NCBI GenBank assembly: GCA_963770565.1
Contig: CAVYQE010000011.1
Location: forward strand, 480,001-544,000
DNA: 64,000 nucleotides
Source of the DNA: an uncultured Actinomycetota bacterium
Lineage (GTDB): Bacteria; Actinomycetota; Actinomycetes; JAFAQI01
Direction: 5' to 3'
Made by a program: the position numbers and the translations under genes. Under the pieces are notes generated by a model. That model had not been told where the DNA came from. It did not search any database and saw only the letters and a list, made by a program, of their open reading frames with translations. This document shows positions 1-9,824 of the stretch, piece by piece (position 1 is the first letter of the stretch; every line of letters starts with the position of its first letter).

Positions 1-596
1 AGGGTCGGGGCGGTGATGGCGGCCAGCCGGTCACGGAGGTCCATCACCGCGATCGCCTCGCAGCAGCCGGCGTACCCCTCGACCGGCGTCGCGCCGAGCA
101 TCCTGCGGTAGGCCGTGACAACGTCCGGGCGCTCCACGGCGAACCCGGGGGTGAACCAGCGCCCCGTCACCAGGTCCGTGATCGCCGCAAGGCCGCCCGC
201 CCGCACCGTGGCCGCACGTTCGTGCCAGGCATCGGGCGCCTCAAGTGCGGCCGAGGTGCACAGCAGGCACAGCTGCCGGACCCGGTCCGGCGCCTCGGAG
301 CCGATCCACATCCCGACCATCCCACCGAGCGAGAGCCCGGCGTAGGCGAAGTGCTCGACACCTAGCGAATCGAGCAGGTCGAGCACGTCGCGCCCGAGCT
401 CGCCGATCCGGTACGGCGCGGGTGTCAGCTCTGATTCACCGTGGCCGCGGTGGTCGAAGCGAATGACCCGGAACTGCTGAGCCAGCGCGGTCAGTTGCGG
501 GTCCCACATGGCACGAGTGGTGCCGAGGGAGCTGCCGAGGACCACGACCGGCGCGTCGGGATCGCCGGTGACGTCGTACCCGAGTCGGGCGCTCAC
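1..596 (-). CDS. pcaD: 3-oxoadipate enol-lactonase (3' end runs off the window)
   Basis: Not in the ORF track. Manual translation from GTG at 596 gives MSARLGYDVTGDPDAPVVVLGSSLGTTRAMWDPQ..., with alpha/beta-hydrolase motifs DHRGHG and GLSLGG. The start overlaps the pcaB stop (GTGA). Confidence 0.88.
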   Translation of the reverse strand, partial: MSARLGYDVTGDPDAPVVVLGSSLGTTRAMWDPQLTALAQQFRVIRFDHRGHGESELTPAPYRIGELGRDVLDLLDSLGVEHFAYAGLSLGGMVGMWIGSEAPDRVRQLCLLCTSAALEAPDAWHERAATVRAGGLAAITDLVTGRWFTPGFAVERPDVVTAYRRMLGATPVEGYAGCCEAIAVMDLRDRLAAITAPT

Positions 597-1960
597 CCGG
601 CCGGCGCCGACGGGTGCGCCTGGCGGTGCTCGGCGAGCGCGCGATCGACCATGGCGGAGGCGCTCCCGAGCCAGGCCGCGGGGTCGAGCGCAGCCCGGAC
701 GGTGTCGCCGTCGAGGGCGGAGCCGACCGTGGCGTCGGCGAGCAGTACGTCGGCGAAGCCGCGGCCGCTTGCGACTGCCTCCTTGGCACAACGCGCCACG
801 ACCCCATGCGCGGCGGCCCGGCCGATAGCGGGGCTCAACCGGCTGGCAATGCTCTCGGCCATCACGAGGCCGTTGGTCGCGTCCAGGTTCGCCCGCATCC
901 GCGCCGGGTCGGGGCGCAACCCGTCGAGCATCTCCGAGGTGTGCGCGACGAGCCCGCCGACCACGCTGAGTAGCTCCCGCCATGGTTGCCACTCGCTGTG
1001 CCACGCTCCGGTCGCGCGCTCGTGCTCGGGCGCGGTGGCGAGGAGCGTTCCGACCAGCCCCGGCACTCGAGCGGCGCCGGCCATGACGAGTACCGCTTGG
1101 ACTGGGTTCTGCTTGTTCGGTAGCGACGACGAGCCGCCCGAGGTCGCGAGCGAAATCTCAGCAACCTCGCTCTGGGCCAGCAGCAGCACGTCGATGGCGA
1201 TCTTCGCGGCCGCCGATGCGACCCCGCCTAGCGCGCCGGCCAGCTCGACGACTCGTTGTCGGTCGGTGTGCCAGGGAAGCACGGGCGCGGCCAGGCCGAG
1301 CCGCTCGGCGTACGCCGCTACCACGGCATCGCCGTCGTCGCCGAAGGCGGCCAATGTGCCGACCGGGCCGCCGAGCTGGACAGCCAGCCGATCGCGGCAC
1401 ACTGTGTCCAGCCGAACCTGCGCGCTGGTCAGCCCGCTCAGCCAGCCCGCGCACTTGCGGCCGAAGGTCGTCGGCGCGGCGGCCTGGCCGAGTGTTCGGC
1501 CGACCATCAGCGTCTCGCGATAGCGCGAGCAAAGCTCAACGCAGGCGTCGCCCGCCAGGCCCATCAAGCCGAGGATTTCGGCGCCGGCCGAATGCGACAT
1601 CAGCATCAGCGCGGTGTCGACGATGTCCTGACTGGTTGCGCCGAGGTGCACCCATGGTTGCGCGTCCGCACTGACCGCATCGCTGATCAGGCCCACCAGG
1701 GGAATCGCCGGGTTGCCGCCGGTCAGGCTGGCCCGGCCGAGCGCGTCGATGTCCACCATCAGCCCGTCGCAGGTTGCGGCGATCTCCGCGGCTGCTTCCC
1801 GCGGCACGACTCCGACGTCGGCTCCGGCCAGGGCGAGCGCGCCTTCCGCCCGCAGCATCGACGAGACGAACGCCGCGTCGTCCAGCAGTGCGTCGACCGT
1901 GCCGGCGCCGAACAACGGTCCGGTCAGCCCGTGGCTAGAGGTCGAAGAAGACAGTTTCAT
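593..1960 (-). CDS. pcaB: 3-carboxy-cis,cis-muconate cycloisomerase
   Basis: Fumarase/lyase superfamily motifs HLGATSQD, GRTLGQ, GSSSLPNKQNP and HERATGAWHSEW; pca context. Start approximate. Confidence 0.92.
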   Translation of the reverse strand: MKLSSSTSSHGLTGPLFGAGTVDALLDDAAFVSSMLRAEGALALAGADVGVVPREAAAEIAATCDGLMVDIDALGRASLTGGNPAIPLVGLISDAVSADAQPWVHLGATSQDIVDTALMLMSHSAGAEILGLMGLAGDACVELCSRYRETLMVGRTLGQAAAPTTFGRKCAGWLSGLTSAQVRLDTVCRDRLAVQLGGPVGTLAAFGDDGDAVVAAYAERLGLAAPVLPWHTDRQRVVELAGALGGVASAAAKIAIDVLLLAQSEVAEISLATSGGSSSLPNKQNPVQAVLVMAGAARVPGLVGTLLATAPEHERATGAWHSEWQPWRELLSVVGGLVAHTSEMLDGLRPDPARMRANLDATNGLVMAESIASRLSPAIGRAAAHGVVARCAKEAVASGRGFADVLLADATVGSALDGDTVRAALDPAAWLGSASAMVDRALAEHRQAHPSAPAG

Positions 1961-2507
1961 CCCTTCCCTGAAGGTGGATGTCGAACTGCAGCATGTCACC
2001 AGCGGGCCGGGCGATCAGGGTGCCGCGTCGCGTGGGATCGACGCTCGACAGCACCGGATCCGCGCTGTTGGCGGCGGTCTCGTCGGGGAAGTAGATCCTG
2101 GTCACCACCCGGTCGAGCAGGCCTCGGCCGAACACGGATACATCCAGGTGAGGAGCCTGGGCCCGGCCATTGAGATCGGGCAGTGCGCCGGGCTTGATCG
2201 TGGTGACGTGCCAGCGTCCCTCGCGATCGGTCGCGCTGCGACCGAAGCCGCGAAAGCTGCTAGGTGTCGGCAGCATGCTGCCGCGCGGGTCGTCAGGGTG
2301 GCTAAAACGACCGTCCGCGTCCGCCTGCCAGGTCTCGATCAGACCGTCCGGTACTGGGACGCCCTCGCCGTCGTACAGGTGCCCGCCGATCTCGATCGCG
2401 CCCGGCGTGCCCGGCGGCACGACGTCCGAGCCGTCCGCCCAGCTCATCCCGATGGTCAGGAACGGGCCTACTGTCTGCGATGGCGTCAGGGGGAGGCGCT
2501 CAGTCAT
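1935..2507 (-). CDS. pcaG: Protocatechuate 3,4-dioxygenase alpha subunit
   Basis: TPSQTVGPF, IETWQADADG, TIKPG, APH and RGLL..TRIYFP motifs; ATG at 2507. Confidence 0.95.
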   Translation of the reverse strand: MTERLPLTPSQTVGPFLTIGMSWADGSDVVPPGTPGAIEIGGHLYDGEGVPVPDGLIETWQADADGRFSHPDDPRGSMLPTPSSFRGFGRSATDREGRWHVTTIKPGALPDLNGRAQAPHLDVSVFGRGLLDRVVTRIYFPDETAANSADPVLSSVDPTRRGTLIARPAGDMLQFDIHLQGRDETVFFDL

Positions 2508-3219
2508 CTGATCCGCTCTCGAAGGGGGTCGCCTCGCGCCCGCGTAGCACGATGTCGAAGGCATAGCCGAGCGCCCACGACTCCACCGTGGCGGCATGGT
2601 CGTACGAAGAGATCAGCCGCAGGCGACCGGCCTTGTCCGGAATCGAGTTGATGATCGGGTCTCGGGCCAGCATCGGATCGTCGGGGAAGTACATCTGTGT
2701 CACGAGGCGTTGCGTGAAGGCACGTCCGAACAGGGAGAAGTGGATGTGTGCAGGGCGCCAGGCGTTCGGATGGTTTCCCCACGGATAGATCCCGGGCTTG
2801 ATCGTCGTAAAGCGGTAGCGGCCGTTCGCATCGGTTACGACCCGTCCGTGGCCCGTGAAGTTCGGGTCGAGCGGACTCGGCCAGTTGTCGACGGCATGGC
2901 GGTAGCGGCCGCCTGCGTTCGCCTGCCAGATCTCGACCAGCGTGTTCGGGACTGGCCGGCCGTCACCGTCGAGGACGCGGCCGTGCACGATGAGCCGTTG
3001 CCCGATCGGCTCCCCGGCATGCTGCCGGGTGAGGTCGTCGTCGTTCGGTTGCAGGCGCTCGCCGCCGAACATCGGGCCGGTGACCTCAGTCAAAGCCTGG
3101 GGAAGCATCACCAGCGGCAAGCTTGGAGCCCGCAACCTTGTCGATCGGTAGTCCGCGCTGGCAAGCGGTGGATGTACCTCGGGCTCCCTTCGGTATGACG
3201 GCAGGTGCAGCGCGGCCAT
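2500..3219 (-). CDS. pcaH: Protocatechuate 3,4-dioxygenase beta subunit
   Basis: EIWQANAGGRYRH, YPWGNHPNAWRPAHIHFS (iron ligands) and TQMYFP. Confidence 0.96.
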   Translation of the reverse strand: MAALHLPSYRREPEVHPPLASADYRSTRLRAPSLPLVMLPQALTEVTGPMFGGERLQPNDDDLTRQHAGEPIGQRLIVHGRVLDGDGRPVPNTLVEIWQANAGGRYRHAVDNWPSPLDPNFTGHGRVVTDANGRYRFTTIKPGIYPWGNHPNAWRPAHIHFSLFGRAFTQRLVTQMYFPDDPMLARDPIINSIPDKAGRLRLISSYDHAATVESWALGYAFDIVLRGREATPFESGSDD

Positions 3220-3250
3220 GTCTCGGTCACCGGATCCTTCCGTTTGAACG

Positions 3251-4063
3251 CTAGGCGTGCTGGGTTCGGTTCGTCTTGCTTGACTGGCCGGCGGACAGGT
3301 CCGCTTCGATCGCGGCTGCGGTCTCGCGGAGGTGGGGGAGCAGCTCGCGACGGGCGGCGTCTGCGCTGCCTCGACCGACATGCATCGAGACGTTGAGAGC
3401 CGCCACCACCTTGCCGTCGACGTCGTGGACTGGAACCGCGATCGATCTCAACCCGACCTCCAGTTCCTGGTCGACCAGGGCGAAGCCGGCGCTGGCGACC
3501 CGCTGCACTGCGGCGCGGAGCTCGGCGGGTTCGCTGATCGTCTTCGGGGTGATCTGACGCAGTTCGGTGCCGGCCAGGTAATCGTCCAGCTCGGCCGGAC
3601 TAAGCCCGGCGAGAAGGACCCGTCCCATCGAAGTGGCGTAGGCGGGGAAACGGGTCCCCACATTGATTGCGACCGTCATGATGCGTCGAGTCGGGACCCT
3701 GGCGACGTAGGTGATGTCGCCGCCGTCGAGCACGGAAAGCGAGCAGGACTCGTGCACTGTCGCGGCGAGGGACTCCATGTGAGGCTGGGCGACGTCGGGC
3801 AGCGCGATGGCGGACAGGTAGGCGTAACCCAACTCGAGGATCCGTGGACGTAGAGAAAACAGCTTTCCGTTGGTGCGGACGTATCCAAGGTCGACCAGGG
3901 TCAGCAGGAACCGGCGGGCAGCCGCTCGCGGCAGCCCGGTCGCGCGAGCTACGTCGCTCAGGCTGAGGTCAGGATGCTCTGCGTCGAAGGCTCGGATTAC
4001 TGCAAGGCCACGTTCGAGTGACTGCACGAAATCCGTGCTTCGGGCCCTGCCGGCGTCACCCAT
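3251..4063 (-). CDS. pcaR: IclR-family regulator, PcaR/PcaU/PobR type
   Basis: FVQSLERGLAVIRAF N-terminus, HTH, GTRFPAYATSMGRVLLA, DQELEVGLRSIAVP; located inside the pca cluster. Confidence 0.9.
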   Translation of the reverse strand: MGDAGRARSTDFVQSLERGLAVIRAFDAEHPDLSLSDVARATGLPRAAARRFLLTLVDLGYVRTNGKLFSLRPRILELGYAYLSAIALPDVAQPHMESLAATVHESCSLSVLDGGDITYVARVPTRRIMTVAINVGTRFPAYATSMGRVLLAGLSPAELDDYLAGTELRQITPKTISEPAELRAAVQRVASAGFALVDQELEVGLRSIAVPVHDVDGKVVAALNVSMHVGRGSADAARRELLPHLRETAAAIEADLSAGQSSKTNRTQHA

Positions 4064-4826
4064 CGCCGCCTCGCTGACGGTTGGTGAGGTCGCGCAGCAC
4101 GCGGAGCTCCTCGCTGCCGGGAGGGTCGGTGGTGTGGAGATTGGGGGCGATCAAGAGGTTCCAGCCGGTGTTCTCGCGGGCCTGGGCGACCGTAGCGCCG
4201 GGGTGCAACGCGGTAAGCGTGAGCTGGCTTGTGGCGGGGTCTGGTTGGAGGATGCCGATGTCAGTGATCACGGTCTGCGGTCCGCGGCCGTGTAGGCCAA
4301 GGGCCTCTCGGTCGCCTGGACCCGAACCAAAACCGACCGAGGTGATGAAGTCGACGTGTTCGACGAAGGTGCGACGGTTCTGGCGGACGACGATCACTCC
4401 TTCCTGACAGGAGGCGGCGATCTCGGGCGCTCCGCCCGCGCCGGGGAGCCGGACCGTGGGCGCCGCGTAGTCGCCGATGACTGTCGTGTTGATGTTGGCA
4501 TAGCGATCGAGCTGCGCTGCGGCGAGGAACCCGATGTCGATCCGGCCCGGTTGCAGCCAGTAGTTGAACACCTCCGGAACGGTGATCACTGCAGTCGCGG
4601 TGTCGGCGAGAATGCCGTCGCCGATGGACAGGGGTAGCCGGCTCGGCTGGGCACCTAGACAGCCGGATTCATAGATCAGCACGAGGTCAGGAGCATGGGT
4701 CGCCCGCGCAAGGTTGGCCGCAGTGGACGGCAGCCCGATCCCGACGAAGCACGACGTACCTGGATGAAGTTGGCGGGCGGCGGCGATGGCCATCATCTCG
4801 TCGGCGGACCACCCCAGGCTTGTCAC
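4056..4826 (-). CDS. pcaJ: 3-oxoadipate CoA-transferase beta subunit
   Basis: FVGIGLP, LIYESG, NINTTVIG and RLPGAGGAPEIA; GTG at 4826 overlaps the upstream stop. Confidence 0.88.
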   Translation of the reverse strand: MTSLGWSADEMMAIAAARQLHPGTSCFVGIGLPSTAANLARATHAPDLVLIYESGCLGAQPSRLPLSIGDGILADTATAVITVPEVFNYWLQPGRIDIGFLAAAQLDRYANINTTVIGDYAAPTVRLPGAGGAPEIAASCQEGVIVVRQNRRTFVEHVDFITSVGFGSGPGDREALGLHGRGPQTVITDIGILQPDPATSQLTLTALHPGATVAQARENTGWNLLIAPNLHTTDPPGSEELRVLRDLTNRQRGGDG

Positions 4827-5662
4827 GACGCGACCGTCCCGGAGGCGGTGCCCGGATCCGTGTCGATGATGTGACGGGTCACCCACTCGGTGAAGGTGTC
4901 GCGGTCCCGGCTGATCGCGTCCCACCGGACGTAGAAGTCGTTGTCCCGGTCGTAGTAGCCGTGCGCGTAGGAGGGGTGGGCGCCGTTCGGGGCAACGGCC
5001 ACACAAGTGATCGCCCAGCCCGGGATGATCACCTGGCCCGGCATCGGCTCCAGTTCCTCCACGATCTCCTCGACCGTGACCAACGAGGTCTTCGCGGCGA
5101 GCAGCGCTTCTTTCTGCACTCCGGTGATTCCCCACATCTGCACGTTGCCGGAGCGATCGGCACGTTGGGCGTGAATCACGGTCACGTCCGGGTTGAGTGC
5201 GGGCACTGCGGTCAAGACCTCACCGGTGAACGGGCAGGTGATCAGTGCGATGTTCTCGGTCTGGTTCATGAGGTCGGTGCCGCGATACCCGCGGAGTACC
5301 GCGAAGGGCAACCCTGATGCGCCCGCGACGTATCGGTTGGCCATCCCGGCGTGGGAGTGCTCCTCGACCTCTAGCGGGACGGGCCAGCCAGAGGTCACGG
5401 CATCGCGGAAGCGGTGCAAAGACCCCACACCCGGGTTGCCGCCCCAGGAGAAGATGACCTTGCGAGCGCACCCCATCCCGATGATCTGGTCATAGATCAC
5501 GTCGGGCGTCATCCGCACGAGCACCAGGTCTCGGCGACCCTGCCGGATCAACTCGTGGCCGGCCGCGAAAGGGATCAGATGGGTGAACCCTTCCATTGCT
5601 ACCGTCGCACCATCGTGGACCAACTCCGCTATTGCGGCCCGAAGGGACACCAGCCGAGCCAT
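4823..5662 (-). CDS. pcaI: 3-oxoadipate CoA-transferase alpha subunit
   Basis: EGFTHLIPFAAGHELIRQ, FSWGGNPGVGSLHR and EEHSHAG motifs. Confidence 0.88.
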   Translation of the reverse strand: MARLVSLRAAIAELVHDGATVAMEGFTHLIPFAAGHELIRQGRRDLVLVRMTPDVIYDQIIGMGCARKVIFSWGGNPGVGSLHRFRDAVTSGWPVPLEVEEHSHAGMANRYVAGASGLPFAVLRGYRGTDLMNQTENIALITCPFTGEVLTAVPALNPDVTVIHAQRADRSGNVQMWGITGVQKEALLAAKTSLVTVEEIVEELEPMPGQVIIPGWAITCVAVAPNGAHPSYAHGYYDRDNDFYVRWDAISRDRDTFTEWVTRHIIDTDPGTASGTVAS

Positions 5663-5711
5663 CCACCTCTCCCGTCCGACCTCAGGATCGAATCCGTGCC
5701 ATGTCGGCAAT

Positions 5712-5726
5712 GTTCGGCTACCGCAC
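5712..5726. promoter_or_regulatory. Putative PcaR/IclR operator
   Basis: GTTCG-GCTAC-CGCAC has both arms of the PcaR/PcaU-type box (GTTCG-N5-CGCAC) and lies upstream of pcaI. Confidence 0.6.
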
Positions 5727-5789
5727 TTGCGTACCTATCGTGAACCTACTCGCCGCGTCAATCTCAGGCCACGATCGCAGATCCATCCG

Positions 5790-5818
5790 TTGACGCGGTC
5801 GGGCACCGCGGTTAGGTT
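5790..5818 (+). promoter_or_regulatory. Sigma70-type promoter for the aldehyde dehydrogenase-pobA operon
   Basis: TTGACG (5790-5795), 17-nt spacer, TAGGTT (5813-5818). Confidence 0.6.
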
Positions 5819-5834
5819 CAGGAATAGAACACTA

Positions 5835-5849
5835 GTTCGCCCAGCGAAC
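5835..5849. promoter_or_regulatory. Second putative PcaR/IclR operator
   Basis: GTTCG-CCCAG-CGAAC with palindromic arms, just downstream of the -10 element. Confidence 0.6.
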
Positions 5850-5880
5850 GCCTGGAGTCTACCCATCGTTGGAGGGCGTC

Positions 5881-7341
5881 ATGACGCTGCTGGACTCGGC
5901 CACCTGGACGGGGCAGGTCTTCTCAGGTGGCTGGCGTGAATCGCTCGGTGGCGCCCGTTCGGTGATTGAGCCGGCGACCGGCGAGTCGCTCGGCAGCATC
6001 GGCGTGGCTGGCGCTGCGGACATCGAGCAGGCTGCTGCGCTTGCGGCCAAGGCAGCTCCGGAGTGGGCCGCGACGCCGTTCCAGGAGCGGGCTGCGATCC
6101 TCCGGCGGGCCGGCGAACTGATCGAGCGCAACCGGGACGAGATCCACTGGTGGATCATCCGAGAGGCGGGTTCGATCCCGCCCAAGGCCGAGCTCGAGAC
6201 CCACGTCGCGGCCCAGGAGTGTTTCGAAGCGTCCGCCCTTCCCTCGCACCCGTTGGGCAAGATCCTGCCGAGCGAGCAGCCGCGGCTGAGCGTGGCCCGG
6301 CGGGTACCGGCCGGTGTGGTCGGCGTGATTGCGCCGTTCAATGTGCCGTTGATTCTTGGCATCCGCTCGGTTGCTCCCGCGCTTGCACTCGGCAACGCGG
6401 TCGTCTTCAAACCGGACCCACGGACGGCGGTGTGCGGTGGCGTCGTCATCGCGCGGATCTTCGAGGAAGCCGGCTTGCCAGCTGGTGTCCTGCACATGGT
6501 GCCGGGCGGTGCGGACGCGGGCGAGGCGATCGTGGCCGACCCGAGGATCCCGGTCATCTCATTCACCGGGTCGACCGCCGCCGGCCGCAAGGTCGGCGAG
6601 CTGGCCGGCCGCCACCTCAAGCGCGCGCACCTGGAACTCGGGGGCAACTCTGCCTTGATCATCCTCGACGATGCGGACGTCGCGCTCGCAGCGTCGGCCG
6701 GGGCGTTCGGCTCGTTCCTGCACCAGGGCCAGATCTGCATGACGACGGGCCGGCACCTCGTCCACGACAAGGTCGCCGATGCTTACATCGAGGCGATGTC
6801 CGAGAAGGCCGGCCACCTCCCGGTCGGCGACCCAGCCCGCGACCAGGTGGCGCTCGGCCCGGTCATCGACGCGGCACAGCGCGACAAGATCCACGGATTG
6901 GTCACGGCCAGTGTCGAGTCCGGCGCGCGGCTCGTGGCCGGTGGCACGTACGAGGACCTGTTCTACCGGCCGACCGTCCTGGTCGATGTCGAGCCGAACA
7001 CGCCGGCGTACGCACAGGAGGTCTTCGGGCCGGTCGCGCCGATCATCCGGTTCGCTTCGCTTGAAGAGGCGGCGCAGCTCGCAGCGGCGACCGACTACGG
7101 ACTGTCACTCGGGATCATTACCCGCGACCCGTTCAAAGCCCTCGAGCTGGCCGCTCGGATCCCGAGCGGGATCGTTCACATCAACGACCAGACCGTCAGC
7201 GATGAGGCGCAGATCCCGTTCGGCGGAGTTGGGGCGTCCGGGACCGGGTCGCGATTCGGTGGGGCGGAGGCGAACATCGACGCCTTCACCGAATCTCAGT
7301 GGGTCACGATGCGGAGCGAGGTTCCGCCGTATCCGTTCTAG
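5881..7341 (+). CDS. Aromatic (benzaldehyde/vanillin-type) aldehyde dehydrogenase
   Basis: ALDH motifs PFNVP, FTGST, LELGGN, HQGQIC and EVFGPV; next to pobA. Confidence 0.9.
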   Translation: MTLLDSATWTGQVFSGGWRESLGGARSVIEPATGESLGSIGVAGAADIEQAAALAAKAAPEWAATPFQERAAILRRAGELIERNRDEIHWWIIREAGSIPPKAELETHVAAQECFEASALPSHPLGKILPSEQPRLSVARRVPAGVVGVIAPFNVPLILGIRSVAPALALGNAVVFKPDPRTAVCGGVVIARIFEEAGLPAGVLHMVPGGADAGEAIVADPRIPVISFTGSTAAGRKVGELAGRHLKRAHLELGGNSALIILDDADVALAASAGAFGSFLHQGQICMTTGRHLVHDKVADAYIEAMSEKAGHLPVGDPARDQVALGPVIDAAQRDKIHGLVTASVESGARLVAGGTYEDLFYRPTVLVDVEPNTPAYAQEVFGPVAPIIRFASLEEAAQLAAATDYGLSLGIITRDPFKALELAARIPSGIVHINDQTVSDEAQIPFGGVGASGTGSRFGGAEANIDAFTESQWVTMRSEVPPYPF

Positions 7342-7373
7342 CCGGGCTCTAGTGCTCCGTCTAGGTTCGTCGT

Positions 7374-8537
7374 ATGCGCACACAGGTCGGCATCATCGGT
7401 GCCGGTCCGGCGGGCCTGACTCTCGCTCGGCTGCTAGAGCGCGAAGGTATCGACACCGTCGTGCTCGAGTCGCGGAGCCGGGCATACGTCGAGCAGCGAG
7501 TGCGGGCCGGGGTTCTGGAACAGGCCACGGTTGACCTGCTGGATGATGCCGGCGTTGGCGACCGGATTCGAAGCGAGGGCCTTGTGCACGAGGGGGTGGT
7601 GTTCCAGGTCGACGGCGAGCGGCATCGGATCGCGCTGTCGGACCTGACCGGTCGCACCATCGTCATCTACGGCCAGCAGGAGGTCGTCAAGGACCTCGTT
7701 GGCGCGCGGGTCGCGTCCGGGCTGCCGCTGTTGTTCGAGTCCGAGTGCATTGACATCGCAGACAGCGATCTCGACCGACCGTACTGCCGCTTTCGGTGCG
7801 CGGACGGCACACTCGAAGAGCTCGAATGCGACCTGTTGGTCGGGGCCGACGGGTTCCATGGGGTGTCGCGGCCGTTCGTCGCGGCTGAGTCGACGGTCTA
7901 CGAACGCGACTATCCGTTTGCCTGGTTGGGCATCCTTGCCGAGGTCGCGCCGTCGTGCGTCGAGCTGATCTACTCGCGGCACGAACGTGGGTTCGCCTTG
8001 CACAGCTTGCGCTCGCCGAGCATCAGCCGGCTCTACCTCCAGTGCTCACCCGAGGAGAACGTCGACGACTGGTCCGACGCGCAGATCTGGGATGAGCTCC
8101 AGACTCGCTTTGCGGTCGACGGGTGGACGTTGCACGAGGGCCCGATCATCGAGAAGTCCGTCACGCCGATGCGAAGCGTGGTCGCCGAGCCGATGCGGCA
8201 CGGCCGGCTGCTGCTTGCCGGTGACGCCGGACACATCGTGCCGGCGACCGGTGCCAAGGGCCTTAACCTCGCGATCGCCGATGTGGCCGTTCTCGCCCCG
8301 CGGATCGTCGACCTGCTGCGTCACGGTACGACCTCTGGCATCGACGACTACTCCACCGTCGCGCTGCGCCGGGTCTGGCGCGCGCAGGACTTCTCGAACG
8401 AGATGACCTCGATGATGCACGCCAACCCGGATCCGTTCGAGGACCGGCGGCAGCTTGCCCGGCTGCGGTACGTCGTGTCCTCTGAAGCTGCGCAACGCAG
8501 CATCGCGGAAAACTATGTCGGCCTCCCGTTTTGGTGA
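7374..8537 (+). CDS. pobA: 4-hydroxybenzoate 3-monooxygenase
   Basis: MRTQVGIIGAGPAG, RAGVLEQ, DGFHG, GDAGHIVPATGAKGLNLA and C-terminal AENYVGLP. Confidence 0.95.
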   Translation: MRTQVGIIGAGPAGLTLARLLEREGIDTVVLESRSRAYVEQRVRAGVLEQATVDLLDDAGVGDRIRSEGLVHEGVVFQVDGERHRIALSDLTGRTIVIYGQQEVVKDLVGARVASGLPLLFESECIDIADSDLDRPYCRFRCADGTLEELECDLLVGADGFHGVSRPFVAAESTVYERDYPFAWLGILAEVAPSCVELIYSRHERGFALHSLRSPSISRLYLQCSPEENVDDWSDAQIWDELQTRFAVDGWTLHEGPIIEKSVTPMRSVVAEPMRHGRLLLAGDAGHIVPATGAKGLNLAIADVAVLAPRIVDLLRHGTTSGIDDYSTVALRRVWRAQDFSNEMTSMMHANPDPFEDRRQLARLRYVVSSEAAQRSIAENYVGLPFW

Positions 8538-9811
8538 TCGGCCGGCCTGGTGCCGCCGCGCCGCGAGGGTCGACGGCCGCCGTGACGTCGCCCTCGGTGG
8601 GCCTTGCGGTCGCCGTGCTGGTCGTCGCGTTGAACCTCCGATTCGCCGTGGCGAGCGTCGGGCCGGTGCTGAACGAGGTCAAGGCCGGCCTCGGCCTGTC
8701 CTCGACCGGCGCATCGGTGCTGACCTCGGCACCGGTCTTCCTGTTCGGGCTGCTGGCCGCGGTCGCACCGAGGCTGGCCAGGCGATTCGGCCTGCACCGG
8801 GCCATCCTCGTGCTGGTCGGGGTCCTGCTCGCCGGCCTGGTGCTGCGGATCGGTCCCGACACCGCGACGCTGTTCGTCGGCACGGCCCTCGCAGCCGGCG
8901 GGATCGCGGCATGCAACGTCTTGATCCCGGTGATCATCAAGCGGGACTTCCCGGCCGCGACCGGACTGATGATGGGCCTCTACACGACCGCGGTGGTCGG
9001 CTCGGCGGCGATCGCGGCCGGACTCACGGTGCCGATCGGCGATGCCATCGGCCACGACTGGCGAGGTGGCCTGGGGATCTGGGCGATAGCCGCCGCGATC
9101 GCGTTGCTGCTGTGGCTGCCGTACGGGCGCCGCCCCGACCGGACCGACGCGGTCATCGACGTGGACGACGTACCGGTGCGGCTGTACCGCGACCGGTTGG
9201 CCTGGACGGTCACCGCCTTCTTCGGCCTCCAGTCGCTGGGCTTCTACGCCGTACTCAGCTGGCTGCCGTCGTTCTACCAGGACCACGGCTACTCCGCCGC
9301 GTCCGCGGGCGGTTTGCTGTCGTTGAGCTCCGCACTCCAGATCCCGGTCGCGCTGTTCCTGCCTTCGGTGGCGTCGCGGATGCGCAGCCAGGTCAGCCTG
9401 GCCTGCATCGCCACCGCCTTCACCGCGAGCGGGTTCGCCGGCCTGCTCCTCGCTCCGACGCCGGCCGCGGTCCTGTGGGTGGTGCTGCTCGGTATCGGCC
9501 AGGGGTCGACGTTCGCCCTCGCGCTCATCCTGCTCGTGCTTCGAACTCGCGGGCATGGGTCGACCGCACAACTGTCGGCGATGGCGCAGTCGGTTGGCTA
9601 CGTGATCGCCGGGATCGGGCCGCTCGTCGTCGGCGCGCTGCACTCGGCGACCGACAGTTGGAAGCCGCCGTTGATCGTGCTGCTGGTGCTCCTCGTGCCG
9701 CAGATCCTGACCGGTATCGCGGCTGGCGCACCTGGTTTAGTCGCAAGTGCGACCGGTCCACCGCTACCAACCACCGATGTCGCGGCGCCGCTTCGCGATG
9801 TCCCGCAATGA
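8531..9811 (+). CDS. MFS transporter, CynX/NimT-like
   Basis: About 12 hydrophobic segments; ALNLR, FFGLQS and LSAMAQSVGY motifs. Start uncertain. Confidence 0.85.
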   Translation: MVIGRPGAAAPRGSTAAVTSPSVGLAVAVLVVALNLRFAVASVGPVLNEVKAGLGLSSTGASVLTSAPVFLFGLLAAVAPRLARRFGLHRAILVLVGVLLAGLVLRIGPDTATLFVGTALAAGGIAACNVLIPVIIKRDFPAATGLMMGLYTTAVVGSAAIAAGLTVPIGDAIGHDWRGGLGIWAIAAAIALLLWLPYGRRPDRTDAVIDVDDVPVRLYRDRLAWTVTAFFGLQSLGFYAVLSWLPSFYQDHGYSAASAGGLLSLSSALQIPVALFLPSVASRMRSQVSLACIATAFTASGFAGLLLAPTPAAVLWVVLLGIGQGSTFALALILLVLRTRGHGSTAQLSAMAQSVGYVIAGIGPLVVGALHSATDSWKPPLIVLLVLLVPQILTGIAAGAPGLVASATGPPLPTTDVAAPLRDVPQ

Positions 9812-9824
9812 ATGGACGTTCCTG

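Noticed and set aside
7365-7381. Third PcaR-like box at the pobA start (GTTCG-N7-CGCAC)
   Set aside because: The spacing differs from the N5 boxes and half of it is coding sequence.
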